Notes: generated by a model from the sequence alone, not told the origin. A stretch of DNA of 40,419 nucleotides from Bacillales bacterium UBA5578 (GCA_002425325.1 DIMA01000012.1:24341-64759), one strand, 5' to 3'; shown: positions 1-10,593, counted from the stretch's first letter. Numbers and translations: made by a program.

Positions 1-312
1 CACCAACTAATAAGTTATATAAAACAATTCTTTTTTCATGTGTTACATTAACACCATCTATCCTTTTAACATCCTTAGGATTAATTATATAATTTGAATA
101 TACTGGTTGACTAATAAAATTTAAATATGTTTTAAATTGTTCCTCAGTTATATATTTCTTTTCAATTATATCTCGATAAACAGATAAATAATATTTAGAT
201 TTATCTATTGTTTTACCTTTATATATACAATCTTTAACATCTTCATATGCATAAACTAAATTAGTTCCTTTATGACCTTCAGGTCCTGCATTATATAACT
301 TATTAGTTGGTG
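1..312. repeat. Perfect 22-bp inverted repeat (1-22 and 291-312)
   Basis: caccaactaataagttatataa at 1-22; its exact reverse complement ttatataacttattagttggtg at 291-312. Confidence 0.9.
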
Positions 313-769
313 TTATAAACCATGAATCAGTTAAATATAAATTATCTGTTTTACCAGATTTGACAATTATAGTTTTCATATCATTTATTTCATTTAATGC
401 TTCCATAAATCTATGTTCTAATATACTATAACTATTATCTCCTGTTTCATTTCTTAAAAATATAATTATTTTCTTTATTAATATAAAATAATTTTCTATA
501 TCTGAAGAACTAACTTCTATTTTTTTAAAATCATCTAATACAGGATATAAATCCTCTAATATACTCTCATATTCACTTCTATTCTTACATTCAGAATATT
601 CTTTAAATTTATTAACTAATATTTCTCCATAATCAAATAATTTTTTATATTTTTCTATAAAGCTAATTGTTAATTTATAATCAAATACCTTTAATTTTTC
701 AGTATCATTTTTTACAAGAGGCAAATAATAATTCTTTCTATTTTCTAATTCTTCAAAATACTTAATCAT
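1..769 (-). CDS. Hypothetical protein, 3' end runs off the window (>256 aa)
   Basis: Hand translation: ATG at 769 preceded by a GGAGGGA RBS; open frame MIKYFEELENRKNYYLP...DSWFITPTNKLYNAGPEGHKG...VLYNLLVG to position 1 with no stop. Not in the ORF track. No recognisable family motif. Confidence 0.8.
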   Translation of the reverse strand, partial: MIKYFEELENRKNYYLPLVKNDTEKLKVFDYKLTISFIEKYKKLFDYGEILVNKFKEYSECKNRSEYESILEDLYPVLDDFKKIEVSSSDIENYFILIKKIIIFLRNETGDNSYSILEHRFMEALNEINDMKTIIVKSGKTDNLYLTDSWFITPTNKLYNAGPEGHKGTNLVYAYEDVKDCIYKGKTIDKSKYYLSVYRDIIEKKYITEEQFKTYLNFISQPVYSNYIINPKDVKRIDGVNVTHEKRIVLYNLLVG

Positions 770-819
770 TATATCCCTCCTAATAGTTTATTATTATATC
801 ATAAAGTACAAAAAAATAT

Positions 820-1377
820 CTATAATATGCCTAAATGTTCTAACAATATTTTTATACCTAATATTATTAAAAATAATCCACCTATAATTGTTGATATCTT
901 GTCATACTTAGTACCAAATTTAGAACCTATTATCACACCTATAAATGATAACATATATGTTATTATGCCTATTAGTATACAAGAAGTTATAATATTTACT
1001 TTTAAGAAAGAAAAAGTAATTCCTACAGATAAAGCATCTATACTAGTTGCTAAAGAATACATAAGCATATTTTTAAAACTTGTATCATCAATACTTGTAT
1101 TTTCCTTATTAAATGATTCTATTATCATATTTAAACCAATTATATTTAACAAAACAAATATAATCCAATGATCATAATTAATAATCATATCTTTAAACAA
1201 ATTACCAAATAAATAACCAAAAAAAGGCATTATAGCTTGAAATATACCAAAATATGTTCCTACTATAACACCTTTTTTTATATTAATCTTATTTAAGGAT
1301 AATCCAAAACAAACAGAAACTGCAAAAGCATCTACTGCTAAAGATACAGCAATTATAATAATTTCTGATATATCCAA
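820..1377 (-). CDS. mntP: Manganese efflux pump, MntP family
   Basis: AVSLAVDAFAVS, FGIFQAIMP, YDHWI and LATSIDALSVG motifs; about 6 TM segments; TTG start with a GGGGG RBS. Confidence 0.9.
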   Translation of the reverse strand: MDISEIIIIAVSLAVDAFAVSVCFGLSLNKINIKKGVIVGTYFGIFQAIMPFFGYLFGNLFKDMIINYDHWIIFVLLNIIGLNMIIESFNKENTSIDDTSFKNMLMYSLATSIDALSVGITFSFLKVNIITSCILIGIITYMLSFIGVIIGSKFGTKYDKISTIIGGLFLIILGIKILLEHLGIL

Positions 1378-1388
1378 ATTATATCCCC

Positions 1389-2183
1389 CTATTTAATAAA
1401 ATCACAATGTTTACATAATTCTTCACATCGTTTATTTTCTTTAAATTTATTTATCATATTTAAAGCCCTATAAGAATTTAAAATATCATATAAATTCTCA
1501 CTATAAATATTCCCTAAATTAATAATTCCTTCTCCATCTAAACAACAAGGAATTACAGTACCATCAGATAATATACCTATATGATCTCTAAGTCCATGAC
1601 ACATACCATCTTCTTTATAAATATTATTATCTAAACTAGGCCATATAAATTCTTCATTAATATGAAAAAATATATTATCTTTTATCTTTATATTTTTTAA
1701 ATTATTTATATCTATATTTACACTATAATATTTATTTATTCTATCAATTATGTCTTTAATATATTTATTCTTAGTCCATATTCTATATGATATATATGTA
1801 TATTTAGATAAATTATTAACACTATCAAATATATTATTTAAATAATCATCTATACTTATATTATCTGTATAACTATGTAATGAAATATTAATTTGTCTTA
1901 TATTTTCATTATATTTTATTTTATTTATAAAATAACCATTAGTAGTAATATTAACATTAAAATTATTATTTTTAGCTAAATCTATTAATTCATTAATATT
2001 AGGATGTAATAAAGGCTCTCCTAATACATGAAAATATAAATAATTAGTATGGCCTTTTAACTTATCCAAAATAATATTAAATTCATCTACACTAACTACT
2101 TTATTCTTTTTCTTTTTCAATGTACAAAAACTACAATTTAAATTACAATTATTAGTTATCTCAATATATACTTTTTTTAACAT
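1389..2183 (-). CDS. Radical SAM protein with C-terminal SPASM/twitch-type domain
   Basis: YIEITNNCNLNCSFC (CxxxCxxC), GEPLLHP, ITTNG, DGTVIPCCLD, C-terminal CEELCKHC. Start placed at MLKKVY (ATG 2183, GAGG RBS). Confidence 0.88.
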   Translation of the reverse strand: MLKKVYIEITNNCNLNCSFCTLKKKKNKVVSVDEFNIILDKLKGHTNYLYFHVLGEPLLHPNINELIDLAKNNNFNVNITTNGYFINKIKYNENIRQINISLHSYTDNISIDDYLNNIFDSVNNLSKYTYISYRIWTKNKYIKDIIDRINKYYSVNIDINNLKNIKIKDNIFFHINEEFIWPSLDNNIYKEDGMCHGLRDHIGILSDGTVIPCCLDGEGIINLGNIYSENLYDILNSYRALNMINKFKENKRCEELCKHCDFIK

Positions 2184-2190
2184 AATACCT

Positions 2191-3015
2191 CTATTTATCA
2201 TAATCTTCTAAAAAACTTTTATAATTACCATCTTTCTTTGTACCTAAAACACAATTTAAATTTATATTATCTAAACTTTTAAAAATATTATGATCTATAT
2301 CACTATATATTTTTCTTAAATTATTAATTAATTCTTTTATTTCTTTTCTTTTACTTAATTGTTCATGTTTATTTACTCCATCAGTAAATTTACAAGCACA
2401 ATTTATAAATTCTAAATTATTACTTTTTTTCCATGATAATATATCATGTTCTTTAATTAAATATAATGGTCTAATTAATTCTAATCCTTCAAAATTATCA
2501 CTATGTAATTTTGGCATCATTGTTTTTAATTCAGCACCATAAAACATTGATAATAAAGTTGTTTCTATAACATCATCAAAATGATGACCTAAAGCTATTT
2601 TATTACATCCTAATTCTTTTGCTTTACTATATAAATAACCTCTACGCATTCTAGCACATAAATAACAAGGTGAATCACTTGATATATTATCTACTACATT
2701 AAAAATATCACTCTCAAATATTTCAATAGGAATATTCAATTTCTTTGAATTATTTTCAATATATTCTCTATTTATTTTATTATAACCTGGATCCATAACA
2801 ACATAATGAGCTTGAAATTTTATTTTACCGTGTCTAATTAATTCTTGAACACATTTTGCTAATAAAAATGAATCTTTACCACCACTAATACAAACCATTA
2901 CATTATCATTTTCTTTAATTAATTCATAATCAGATATAGCTCTAACAAATTTACTCCATATTTCTTTACGATATTTTTTTATTATGCTTCTTTCAATCTC
3001 TTTATATTCTTCCAT
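2191..3015 (-). CDS. TtcA-family tRNA 2-thiolation protein (PP-loop)
   Basis: SGGKDS PP-loop, PCYLCARMRRG, IALGHHFDD, IRPL. Start placed at MEEYK (ATG 3015, AGGTG RBS). Confidence 0.88.
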   Translation of the reverse strand: MEEYKEIERSIIKKYRKEIWSKFVRAISDYELIKENDNVMVCISGGKDSFLLAKCVQELIRHGKIKFQAHYVVMDPGYNKINREYIENNSKKLNIPIEIFESDIFNVVDNISSDSPCYLCARMRRGYLYSKAKELGCNKIALGHHFDDVIETTLLSMFYGAELKTMMPKLHSDNFEGLELIRPLYLIKEHDILSWKKSNNLEFINCACKFTDGVNKHEQLSKRKEIKELINNLRKIYSDIDHNIFKSLDNINLNCVLGTKKDGNYKSFLEDYDK

Positions 3016-3078
3016 AAAACACCTACTTATAAATTTCTCTTTCACTTATTATATCAAAAAAAATGTAATCTTTATAGA

Positions 3079-5034
3079 TTACATTTTATATAAATCATCA
3101 ATAGAATCAATACCAAATACTGCTGCTGGTGCATCATTCCATCTATTTTCTAATTCTTTCTTTTCTTCTTTTATTTGATTAACAAATATACTATCAACTT
3201 TTAACTTAATAATATCTTTACTAAATGGTTTAGATACATAATCAGTAAATCCTTGACTTCTATATTTCTCTTCTGCACCTGCTATAGCATCTGCAGTTAA
3301 AGCAATAACCGGAGTATTAAAATCTGGTATTTTCTTTAACTCAGCTAAAGCTGTCTCACCACTCATAATTGGCATCATTATATCCATTAATATTAAATCA
3401 TATTTATAACCTTGTCTAATTTTATCTAAACATTCTTGTCCATTACTTGCTTCATCAATAGACATAAATCCTAAAGGTAAAATATTTCTTTTAGCAACCT
3501 TTATATTTAATGGATTATCATCAACTATTAATATACGTTTATCACCATAATTTAAATCTTTTTTCTTTAAGTCTAATTCAACAGTATTTAATAATTCATC
3601 TTCAGTTAAAGGTTTAGTCATCTTACTAATTTTTTGAGGTATTTGAACCATAAATATAGAACCTACTCCATATCTACTTTCAACATTAATCTTACCATTC
3701 ATTAATTCAACTAATTTTTTTGTAATAGCAAGACCTAATCCAGTACCTTCCGTTGTAGAATTTTTCTCTGCTTCTAATCTTTCAAACTTATTAAATAATT
3801 TACTAATATCACTAGCTTTAATACCTCTACCAGTATCTTTAACACTAATTATTAATAAACATTTATCACCTTTATTAATACATCTAGCATTTAATTCAAT
3901 AAAACCTTTATCTGTATATTTTATAGAATTACTAAGTAAATTATTTATTACTTCTTTAATATGTCCTTTATCTCCTATAAGTTCGTATGGTATATCTTCA
4001 GCTATATTAATTTTATATTCAATAGGTTTATCACCTATTCTAGAACCTGTAACACGCGCTAATGATTCTATTTCTTCTTTAAATTTATAAGGTATATTAG
4101 TAATTTCCATCTTTTCACTTTCTATTTTACTAATATCCATAATATTTCCAACTATTTCAAGTAATGTTCTAGAAGCAGCAACTACATCAGTTAAATCATC
4201 TTTCATATCATCAGGACAATTACCCCTAGCTTGCATATCCTCACTTAATCCTACTATAGCATTTAATGGAGTTCTAATTTCATGTGACATACTAGATAAA
4301 AAATCACTCTTAGCTCTATTAGCTCTTTCAGCTTGATCTCTTGCTTCTCTAACAGTTTCAATCATTTTTACATCAGGATTCTCAATTGTAAAATACATTA
4401 AATAACACATTAGACATAATATAAAATCATATATATTAAATTCAGGATGAAACATAACAAATATTCCTAATATAAATATTAATGGAATAATTATATAAAT
4501 AGAATTATATCTTTTATCATATTTTTTTATATTACATAGAGAAACAATAAAAGCAATTATTAAATTTAAAAATACTAGTCCAAAAGAGAATATGACAGCT
4601 GGTCCCTCACCACTAGTTAATTCTCCCTCTTTTATTACATTAAAATCTAAGAATATCAATATAATACCAGTTAATAAAATAATAATTCTATTAATCAATT
4701 TGTGCATTGCAAAGTTTTTTCTATATTTTTCAAAACTAATATAAAATATATAAGACATAATATTAATAGTAATAATAATTATAAACCATGATCCAATTTT
4801 ATTAATAATAGCAAATAAATCTGCATACCAATGATCTACTGTATCAACTAAATATATACTAGCTCCATAATGTGATATAAAATTAAATAAATTTACAAGT
4901 ATTGTAAATATTAATACATTTTTAAAATAAGAGTTTTCTTCTAATTTTGCTCTTTCTTTAATAGTATAAACAAAATAAATAAGCAATGAAAATATTAAAC
5001 ATACAAATGGTATTTCAAATTCTATCATATACAT
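3079..5034 (-). CDS. Hybrid sensor histidine kinase/response regulator with multi-TM N-terminus
   Basis: About 7 hydrophobic segments; H-box FLSSMSHEIRTPLNAI; N-box NLLSNSIKYT; GTGLGLAI; receiver ILIVDDN...LMDIMMP...KPF. Confidence 0.92.
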   Translation of the reverse strand: MYMIEFEIPFVCLIFSLLIYFVYTIKERAKLEENSYFKNVLIFTILVNLFNFISHYGASIYLVDTVDHWYADLFAIINKIGSWFIIIITINIMSYIFYISFEKYRKNFAMHKLINRIIILLTGIILIFLDFNVIKEGELTSGEGPAVIFSFGLVFLNLIIAFIVSLCNIKKYDKRYNSIYIIIPLIFILGIFVMFHPEFNIYDFILCLMCYLMYFTIENPDVKMIETVREARDQAERANRAKSDFLSSMSHEIRTPLNAIVGLSEDMQARGNCPDDMKDDLTDVVAASRTLLEIVGNIMDISKIESEKMEITNIPYKFKEEIESLARVTGSRIGDKPIEYKINIAEDIPYELIGDKGHIKEVINNLLSNSIKYTDKGFIELNARCINKGDKCLLIISVKDTGRGIKASDISKLFNKFERLEAEKNSTTEGTGLGLAITKKLVELMNGKINVESRYGVGSIFMVQIPQKISKMTKPLTEDELLNTVELDLKKKDLNYGDKRILIVDDNPLNIKVAKRNILPLGFMSIDEASNGQECLDKIRQGYKYDLILMDIMMPIMSGETALAELKKIPDFNTPVIALTADAIAGAEEKYRSQGFTDYVSKPFSKDIIKLKVDSIFVNQIKEEKKELENRWNDAPAAVFGIDSIDDLYKM

Positions 5035-5081
5035 ATCACCTATTATATTTATTTTAACATAAAAAAAGAAAAAATAACTCG

Positions 5082-6212
5082 CTATTTTTTTCTTTTTGAT
5101 ACTTTTTCCTTTTTAGTTGACATCCAATATTCTCTCATTCTCTTTGGTACATCTTTGGAATCAATATCCAATTCACTAAGCACCCAACTTCTAGATGTAA
5201 TAGCGTTAGGATTAATTACTAAATTACTTATGGTTCTAACTACATCTTCATATTCTTTATCTGCTTTAGTTTTCTTAACTAAATATTCAGCTTCAAAAAC
5301 ATCTCTAGTCCATTTTAATTTTTTAAATGCATCAATTATTTTAGACATTCTTAGATATTCTTCTAAATTACCATAATCTCTAGAAATAATTGTTTCAAAG
5401 TGTTTTTCAATTATATAATAAACAGCTGTTGCCATTTTATCTCTAATTATTGAAGATAAACTATTAACATAATATTTATTTTTTGAATCTTCTGATTCAA
5501 ATTCTTTATCCATATCAACATTTAATTTTTTAACATCAACTGGATTACTTACATCTATATAAGATACATTATTCTCTTGATCTTTTATTAAAGTTACTAC
5601 CACAATTTTTCTATTAGTTTGAAGTGCCAAATTAACAGGACCATCGAATAATGGATTTATTAACTTATTTGGGCTATAATTATGAGATCCTTCAGGAAAT
5701 ATTAATATACTATTAGTATTTAAAACTCTTTTCATTTTTTCAAATACTTGTTTTCTTTGATCATTGTCCATAATATCAAAAGGTATCATACCATTTAAAA
5801 AAGATAAATACATTTCTTTATTATATTGTAATGATTCAATCGATCCTAATATTAAATATGCATTTCTATCTATTATATTTAAAATTGTTTCAATATCTTC
5901 TGGACATGTATGATTACATACAAATATATATGGTTCATCTTTATCTAATTTAGGATATCTTTCAACTATAATATTATTTTTACCTTTTTTAATATCTAAA
6001 CTATCTAAAGGGATATATTCTACAGATAAATTACTAAAATATTCTTCATCTGTTTTATCTAGATATTCACTTCTAACAATATGTGCATTAGTAAATAAAT
6101 TACATAATTTTTTAAATGGTTTATCACTTATTTTTCTTAAATATAAACCTAGATTTGTAGTACAATGTTTAACATCTTTTTTATGCAAATTACTTATAAA
6201 AAAATTTTTCAT
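5082..6212 (-). CDS. Lysophospholipid/1-acyl-glycerol-3-phosphate acyltransferase family protein (PlsC-like) with long C-terminal extension
   Basis: IFVCNHTCPED (HX4D) and LIFPEG motifs. Start placed at MKNFF (ATG 6212, GGAG RBS). Confidence 0.75.
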   Translation of the reverse strand: MKNFFISNLHKKDVKHCTTNLGLYLRKISDKPFKKLCNLFTNAHIVRSEYLDKTDEEYFSNLSVEYIPLDSLDIKKGKNNIIVERYPKLDKDEPYIFVCNHTCPEDIETILNIIDRNAYLILGSIESLQYNKEMYLSFLNGMIPFDIMDNDQRKQVFEKMKRVLNTNSILIFPEGSHNYSPNKLINPLFDGPVNLALQTNRKIVVVTLIKDQENNVSYIDVSNPVDVKKLNVDMDKEFESEDSKNKYYVNSLSSIIRDKMATAVYYIIEKHFETIISRDYGNLEEYLRMSKIIDAFKKLKWTRDVFEAEYLVKKTKADKEYEDVVRTISNLVINPNAITSRSWVLSELDIDSKDVPKRMREYWMSTKKEKVSKRKK

Positions 6213-6336
6213 AATAACACTCCAATAACAAAAAAATAATTTAATTATTATATTAACATAAAAATAATTTTTTTCAAAATCTAAAACTATTTTTTTATGT
6301 TTGATCAAAATAAATATACTGTCAAATCATATAAAT

Positions 6337-6363
6337 AAAAAAAGAGACAAATATGTCCCTTTT
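6337..6363 (-). terminator. Probable intrinsic terminator after the acyl-CoA ligase
   Basis: Minus strand AAAAGGGACA-UAUU-UGUCUCUUUU followed by a U-run. Confidence 0.6.
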
Positions 6364-6367
6364 CTTA

Positions 6368-8071
6368 TTAATCTAAATTTTTATAATCCACTTTACCAAT
6401 CATTGTCTTTGGTAAACTTTCTTTAAACTCATATTCTTTTGGTAACATATATTTAGCTAACTTCTTTTCACAATGTTGTTTTATTTCCCTTTTTATTTCA
6501 TTTGTAGCTTTTTGATTCTTCTTCAATACTATATATGCTTTAGGTACTTGTACTTTATATGGATGTGGTACACCAATTACACCACAATTTTCAACAAATG
6601 GTAATTCCATAATAATATCTTCTATATGAGATGGATATACATTATATCCTGATACTATTAACATTCTTTTTAATCTTTGAACAAAGAATATAACACCATC
6701 TTCATCCATATAACCTAAATCACCAGTATGAACCCATCTTTTATTATCTTCAACAAATATAATATTATTTGTTTCTTCTTCATTATCTAAATAACCTTTC
6801 ATAACAGTTGGACCTGTTAAACATATTTCTCCTACTTCACCTGGACCAACTTCTAATCCCGTATTTGGTTCAATAATTTTAACTTCATTACCAGGAAGTG
6901 GAATACCTACACTACCTAATTTATCAGAACCAAAAGATCCAATACATGTAGGCCCACTAGTTTCAGTCATACCATAACCTTGTAATATTGTTACATTACA
7001 GCCATGATCTTTTAAGAAATTATTTACTTCTTCATTTTTAGTTTTAGATAAAGAATCTCCTCCACTTATTACATATTTAACATAAGATAAATCTACATTA
7101 TCCATATATTTATTTTTAGTTAAAGCTTCAAATAATGTCGGTACACCTGGTAATACAGTTGGATGATATTTAGTTATTAATTTATCAAATCTACCTGCAT
7201 CAAATTGTGGTACTAATATTGCAGTAGCTCCTAAACAAAGTGGTGCATGTACACATACAACTAATCCAAAACAATGGAATAATGGTAAAACAGATAAGAA
7301 TTTATCTCCAGTAGTAATATTTGGAAAAATAATTTTAGCTTGTTCCATAATTGAGTTAACATTACCATTAGTAAGTAATATATTTTTAGGTGTTCCCGTA
7401 GTTCCACCACTATGTAATATTAAACAATTATCATCTTGTTTTCTATGTACTAAAACTTTTTCTTTATATTTTTTACCTCTTTCCATAAAGGTATTCCAAT
7501 ACATATATTTTTCTGTTTTCTTAGGTTTATCAACTTTAAATAATGTACTTAATCTATATGCTACACCCATATATTTAGGCATAGAATCAGCTGCAGAAAC
7601 TATAACAGCTTTATATATATCTGTACCTTCTATTACATTTTTTACTTTAGCATAACTTAAATCAATAGTAATTAAAAATACTGACTTAGTTGATTCAAGT
7701 GAATATTTTATTTCTTCTTCTGCAGAAAGAGGATGAATCATATTCGCTACAGCACCTATTTTATTAACTGCATATAAAGCGATAACAGCTTCTGGTGTAT
7801 TAGCCATACATATTGTAACAACATCATTTTCTCTTACACCTTGACTCTTTAAGGCACGAGCACATAAATCAACTTTATTTAACATTGACTTATATGACAT
7901 TTTATTTCCAAAATAATTTAATGCCGTACAATTTAAATTATATTCAGAACATTTAACTAAATATTCATATAAAGACTCTTCTGGTACTTTTATAGTTCTT
8001 TCATCTTTTTTATAATACTTATCCCAAGGATGTTTGTATTTTAATTTTTTTAATTTATCAAATATTTTCAT
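6368..8071 (-). CDS. Long-chain fatty acid-CoA ligase (AMP-binding, FadD/LcfA-like)
   Basis: HSGGTTGTPK, QGYGMTET, WVHTGDLGY, C-terminal LPKTMIGKVD. Confidence 0.9.
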   Translation of the reverse strand: MKIFDKLKKLKYKHPWDKYYKKDERTIKVPEESLYEYLVKCSEYNLNCTALNYFGNKMSYKSMLNKVDLCARALKSQGVRENDVVTICMANTPEAVIALYAVNKIGAVANMIHPLSAEEEIKYSLESTKSVFLITIDLSYAKVKNVIEGTDIYKAVIVSAADSMPKYMGVAYRLSTLFKVDKPKKTEKYMYWNTFMERGKKYKEKVLVHRKQDDNCLILHSGGTTGTPKNILLTNGNVNSIMEQAKIIFPNITTGDKFLSVLPLFHCFGLVVCVHAPLCLGATAILVPQFDAGRFDKLITKYHPTVLPGVPTLFEALTKNKYMDNVDLSYVKYVISGGDSLSKTKNEEVNNFLKDHGCNVTILQGYGMTETSGPTCIGSFGSDKLGSVGIPLPGNEVKIIEPNTGLEVGPGEVGEICLTGPTVMKGYLDNEEETNNIIFVEDNKRWVHTGDLGYMDEDGVIFFVQRLKRMLIVSGYNVYPSHIEDIIMELPFVENCGVIGVPHPYKVQVPKAYIVLKKNQKATNEIKREIKQHCEKKLAKYMLPKEYEFKESLPKTMIGKVDYKNLD

Positions 8072-8101
8072 TTAACCCTCCTAAAATTATTAAACACAAT
8101 G

Positions 8102-8149
8102 TTGAATAATTTACACTATTATTATATAATTTGTATGGAAATTATTCAA
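8102..8149. promoter_or_regulatory. Inverted repeat between the divergent acyl-CoA ligase and TetR genes; candidate operator
   Basis: ttgaataattt (8102-8112) and aaattattcaa (8139-8149) are perfect 11-bp inverted arms flanking overlapping TATAAT boxes. Confidence 0.5.
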
Positions 8150-8208
8150 TCATCAAAGTTAAAACAAAATGATATTTATTAAACAAAGAAGGAAGAAAGT
8201 GTATAATT

Positions 8209-8763
8209 ATGGATAGAAGAATAAAATATACTAAAAAGATTATAAAAGATACATTATTAGAAATATTAAGAGAAAAAGATATTAATAAAATTACTGTAAG
8301 TGAAATATGTAAAAAAGCAGATATTAATAGAGCAACATTTTATAGATACTATTTAGATGTATATGATTTATTAGATAAAATACAAGATGAATTTGGTACT
8401 GAATTAAAAAATGTATTAGATAAAGATGATTATACAGTATCTACTTTTTCAAAAGATATATTAAATGTATTTTTAAGTAATAAAGAATTAGTAAGAATAT
8501 TATTTAATACACAAAATAACACTAATTTTTTAAATGATATATTAGAATTTACATATGATAAATTTTTTAATAAATGGAAAAGTGATTTACCTAATGTTAA
8601 TGATGAAAACATCTTATTAGCCAATGTATTTATATTTAATGGTGCTTTAGGCGTTATTAATTATTGGATAAAAAATGACTTTAGTGAAGATGTAGATGAA
8701 ATTGCTAATACAATAGAAACATTAAGTAATTTTGGTACTAAAAGATATATTTATAATAAATAA
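8209..8763 (+). CDS. TetR/AcrR family transcriptional regulator
   Basis: MDRRIKYTK...ITVSEICKKADINRATFYRYY HTH; GVINYWIK C-terminal motif. Confidence 0.92.
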   Translation: MDRRIKYTKKIIKDTLLEILREKDINKITVSEICKKADINRATFYRYYLDVYDLLDKIQDEFGTELKNVLDKDDYTVSTFSKDILNVFLSNKELVRILFNTQNNTNFLNDILEFTYDKFFNKWKSDLPNVNDENILLANVFIFNGALGVINYWIKNDFSEDVDEIANTIETLSNFGTKRYIYNK

Positions 8764-8783
8764 AAAAGACATAAGTCTTTTTT
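8762..8783. terminator. Bidirectional intrinsic terminator
   Basis: aaaaaagac-ataa-gtctttttt between convergent genes. Confidence 0.7.
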
Positions 8784-9913
8784 TAATACTTACTAGTTAT
8801 TCCATAATAAGATTCTAATGTAATCCAATTACCATTATTATATAACTTAGTAGCTAATTCTACCCCTACATATCTAAAATGCCATGATTCATACATATAT
8901 CCTGTTTCATTAGTTTTACCTTTAGGATATCTTAATATAAATCCATATTTATAACTATTATTATTTAACCATTTACCAGCTGGAGTAGACCCAAATGTAT
9001 CCGATATTTGATTAATATCCATACCTAATCCACTTTGATGTTCTGAATGACCTGGTCTTGCAGAATATGTATCTGCTGCAGCTTTACCATCTCTTTTAAC
9101 ATAATTATTATATAAGTTAACTTGTGTATTGTAAGATCTAAATCCACTAATAATTTTTAAAGAAATACCATCTTTAGCTGCTGCACTTTTCATACTATTA
9201 AATGCACTTTGAGCTTCTTTAGTAATACCATTACCATAATTTTTAGGTAATGAATATGTTTTATTTGCTATTAAAGTACCATCTATATAAGTAACACCAT
9301 TTTTAACTTCTATTTTAAAACCTTTTGAAGTAGTACCTGTATAATTAGCTGTACCATTATTTACAACTACATTATTAACAACTACTTTTTTTTCAACTTT
9401 TAAGATAGCTTCTTCACTAGTCTTATTATTACTACTATCTTGTGCTACATAGTTAATTTTATATGTACCTGCTTTATTAAAATCATATTGCCCTTCTACT
9501 TTTACTTCTATAGTTTCATTTGAATTATCAGTAGCGCTTACATTACTTAATAAATCTATTTTAGTTCCTTCTATTGTTGTTAAATTTTTATTATAAGTAA
9601 TAACAGGAGCCTCCTTATCAACTACTACTATAGTATATGTATATTTTTTCTTTTTACCATAAAAATCTTTAATAATAAATGTTATTCTCTTTTCTCCTGG
9701 TTTAGATGTATCTATTTTTTCTTTTTTTGTTTCTATTGATCCATTTGTTACTTTCTTAATATTATCTATATTATATATTTCATTATTTAATTCTACAGTT
9801 ACTTTTTCATCATATTCTAATACTAATTTTTTAGAATTTAAAAAGAAATAAGAACCAATTAATAAAATAAAAATTATAATTAATACACTTAATAAAATTA
9901 TCTTCTTCTTCAT
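8783..9913 (-). CDS. M15B (VanY-like) D-Ala-D-Ala carboxypeptidase with N-terminal anchor and Ig-like domain
   Basis: SGFRSY, SARPGHSEHQSGLGMD, YESWHFRYVG; VDKEAPVI...GTYKINYVAQDSSNN Ig-like segment; N-terminal TM. Confidence 0.9.
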   Translation of the reverse strand: MKKKIILLSVLIIIFILLIGSYFFLNSKKLVLEYDEKVTVELNNEIYNIDNIKKVTNGSIETKKEKIDTSKPGEKRITFIIKDFYGKKKKYTYTIVVVDKEAPVITYNKNLTTIEGTKIDLLSNVSATDNSNETIEVKVEGQYDFNKAGTYKINYVAQDSSNNKTSEEAILKVEKKVVVNNVVVNNGTANYTGTTSKGFKIEVKNGVTYIDGTLIANKTYSLPKNYGNGITKEAQSAFNSMKSAAAKDGISLKIISGFRSYNTQVNLYNNYVKRDGKAAADTYSARPGHSEHQSGLGMDINQISDTFGSTPAGKWLNNNSYKYGFILRYPKGKTNETGYMYESWHFRYVGVELATKLYNNGNWITLESYYGITSKY

Positions 9914-9966
9914 ATTATTCCACCATATAAATTATAACATATAAAAAAAGAAGAATAAATACTCTT

Positions 9967-10593
9967 CTATTTTTTTCCAATAACTAATTGATATTTACCT
10001 GTATCTCCTTTAACATATGCTTCACTAAATCCTGCATTTATAAGGAATTCTATTTCATGTTCTACAGTCACAGGTGTATCCATATGTCTCATTAAATCAG
10101 GTGTTTCAATAAATTCTCTTAGTCTTTTTTCTTCATCCTCATCATCAATAGCGTGACAATCACAATTTAAAAATAAACCGCCTTTTTTTAATGAATCATA
10201 TACTTTTTTATATAAATTTAATTTATCATTTCCAACAAAATGGTGTAAAGCTGCACTAGATATAACAGCATCATAATTATCTCCAAAATCTACTTTAAAG
10301 AAATCTCCACATATTATATCCACTTTATCTCCAAAATCTCTCTCTTTTAATAAATTTAACATTTTTTCTGTAATATCAATTGCTGTTACATGTACATTAG
10401 GATATTTTTCAAATATTGGAACTAGTTCTAACCCTGTTCCAGCCCCTAAATCTAATATTCTTTCTACACTGTTATCTAAAGAGTCACATATCATTTTTTT
10501 ACTATCCATAAATGGTAAATGAACTTCATCATAACCATCTGCTTTTTCATTAAAGAAATCTTGCATCTCTAATGATCTTTTTTCTAAATTCAT
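9967..10593 (-). CDS. Class I SAM-dependent methyltransferase
   Basis: ILDLGAGTG motif I; YDAVISSAALHH; LKKGGLF. Confidence 0.9.
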   Translation of the reverse strand: MNLEKRSLEMQDFFNEKADGYDEVHLPFMDSKKMICDSLDNSVERILDLGAGTGLELVPIFEKYPNVHVTAIDITEKMLNLLKERDFGDKVDIICGDFFKVDFGDNYDAVISSAALHHFVGNDKLNLYKKVYDSLKKGGLFLNCDCHAIDDEDEEKRLREFIETPDLMRHMDTPVTVEHEIEFLINAGFSEAYVKGDTGKYQLVIGKK

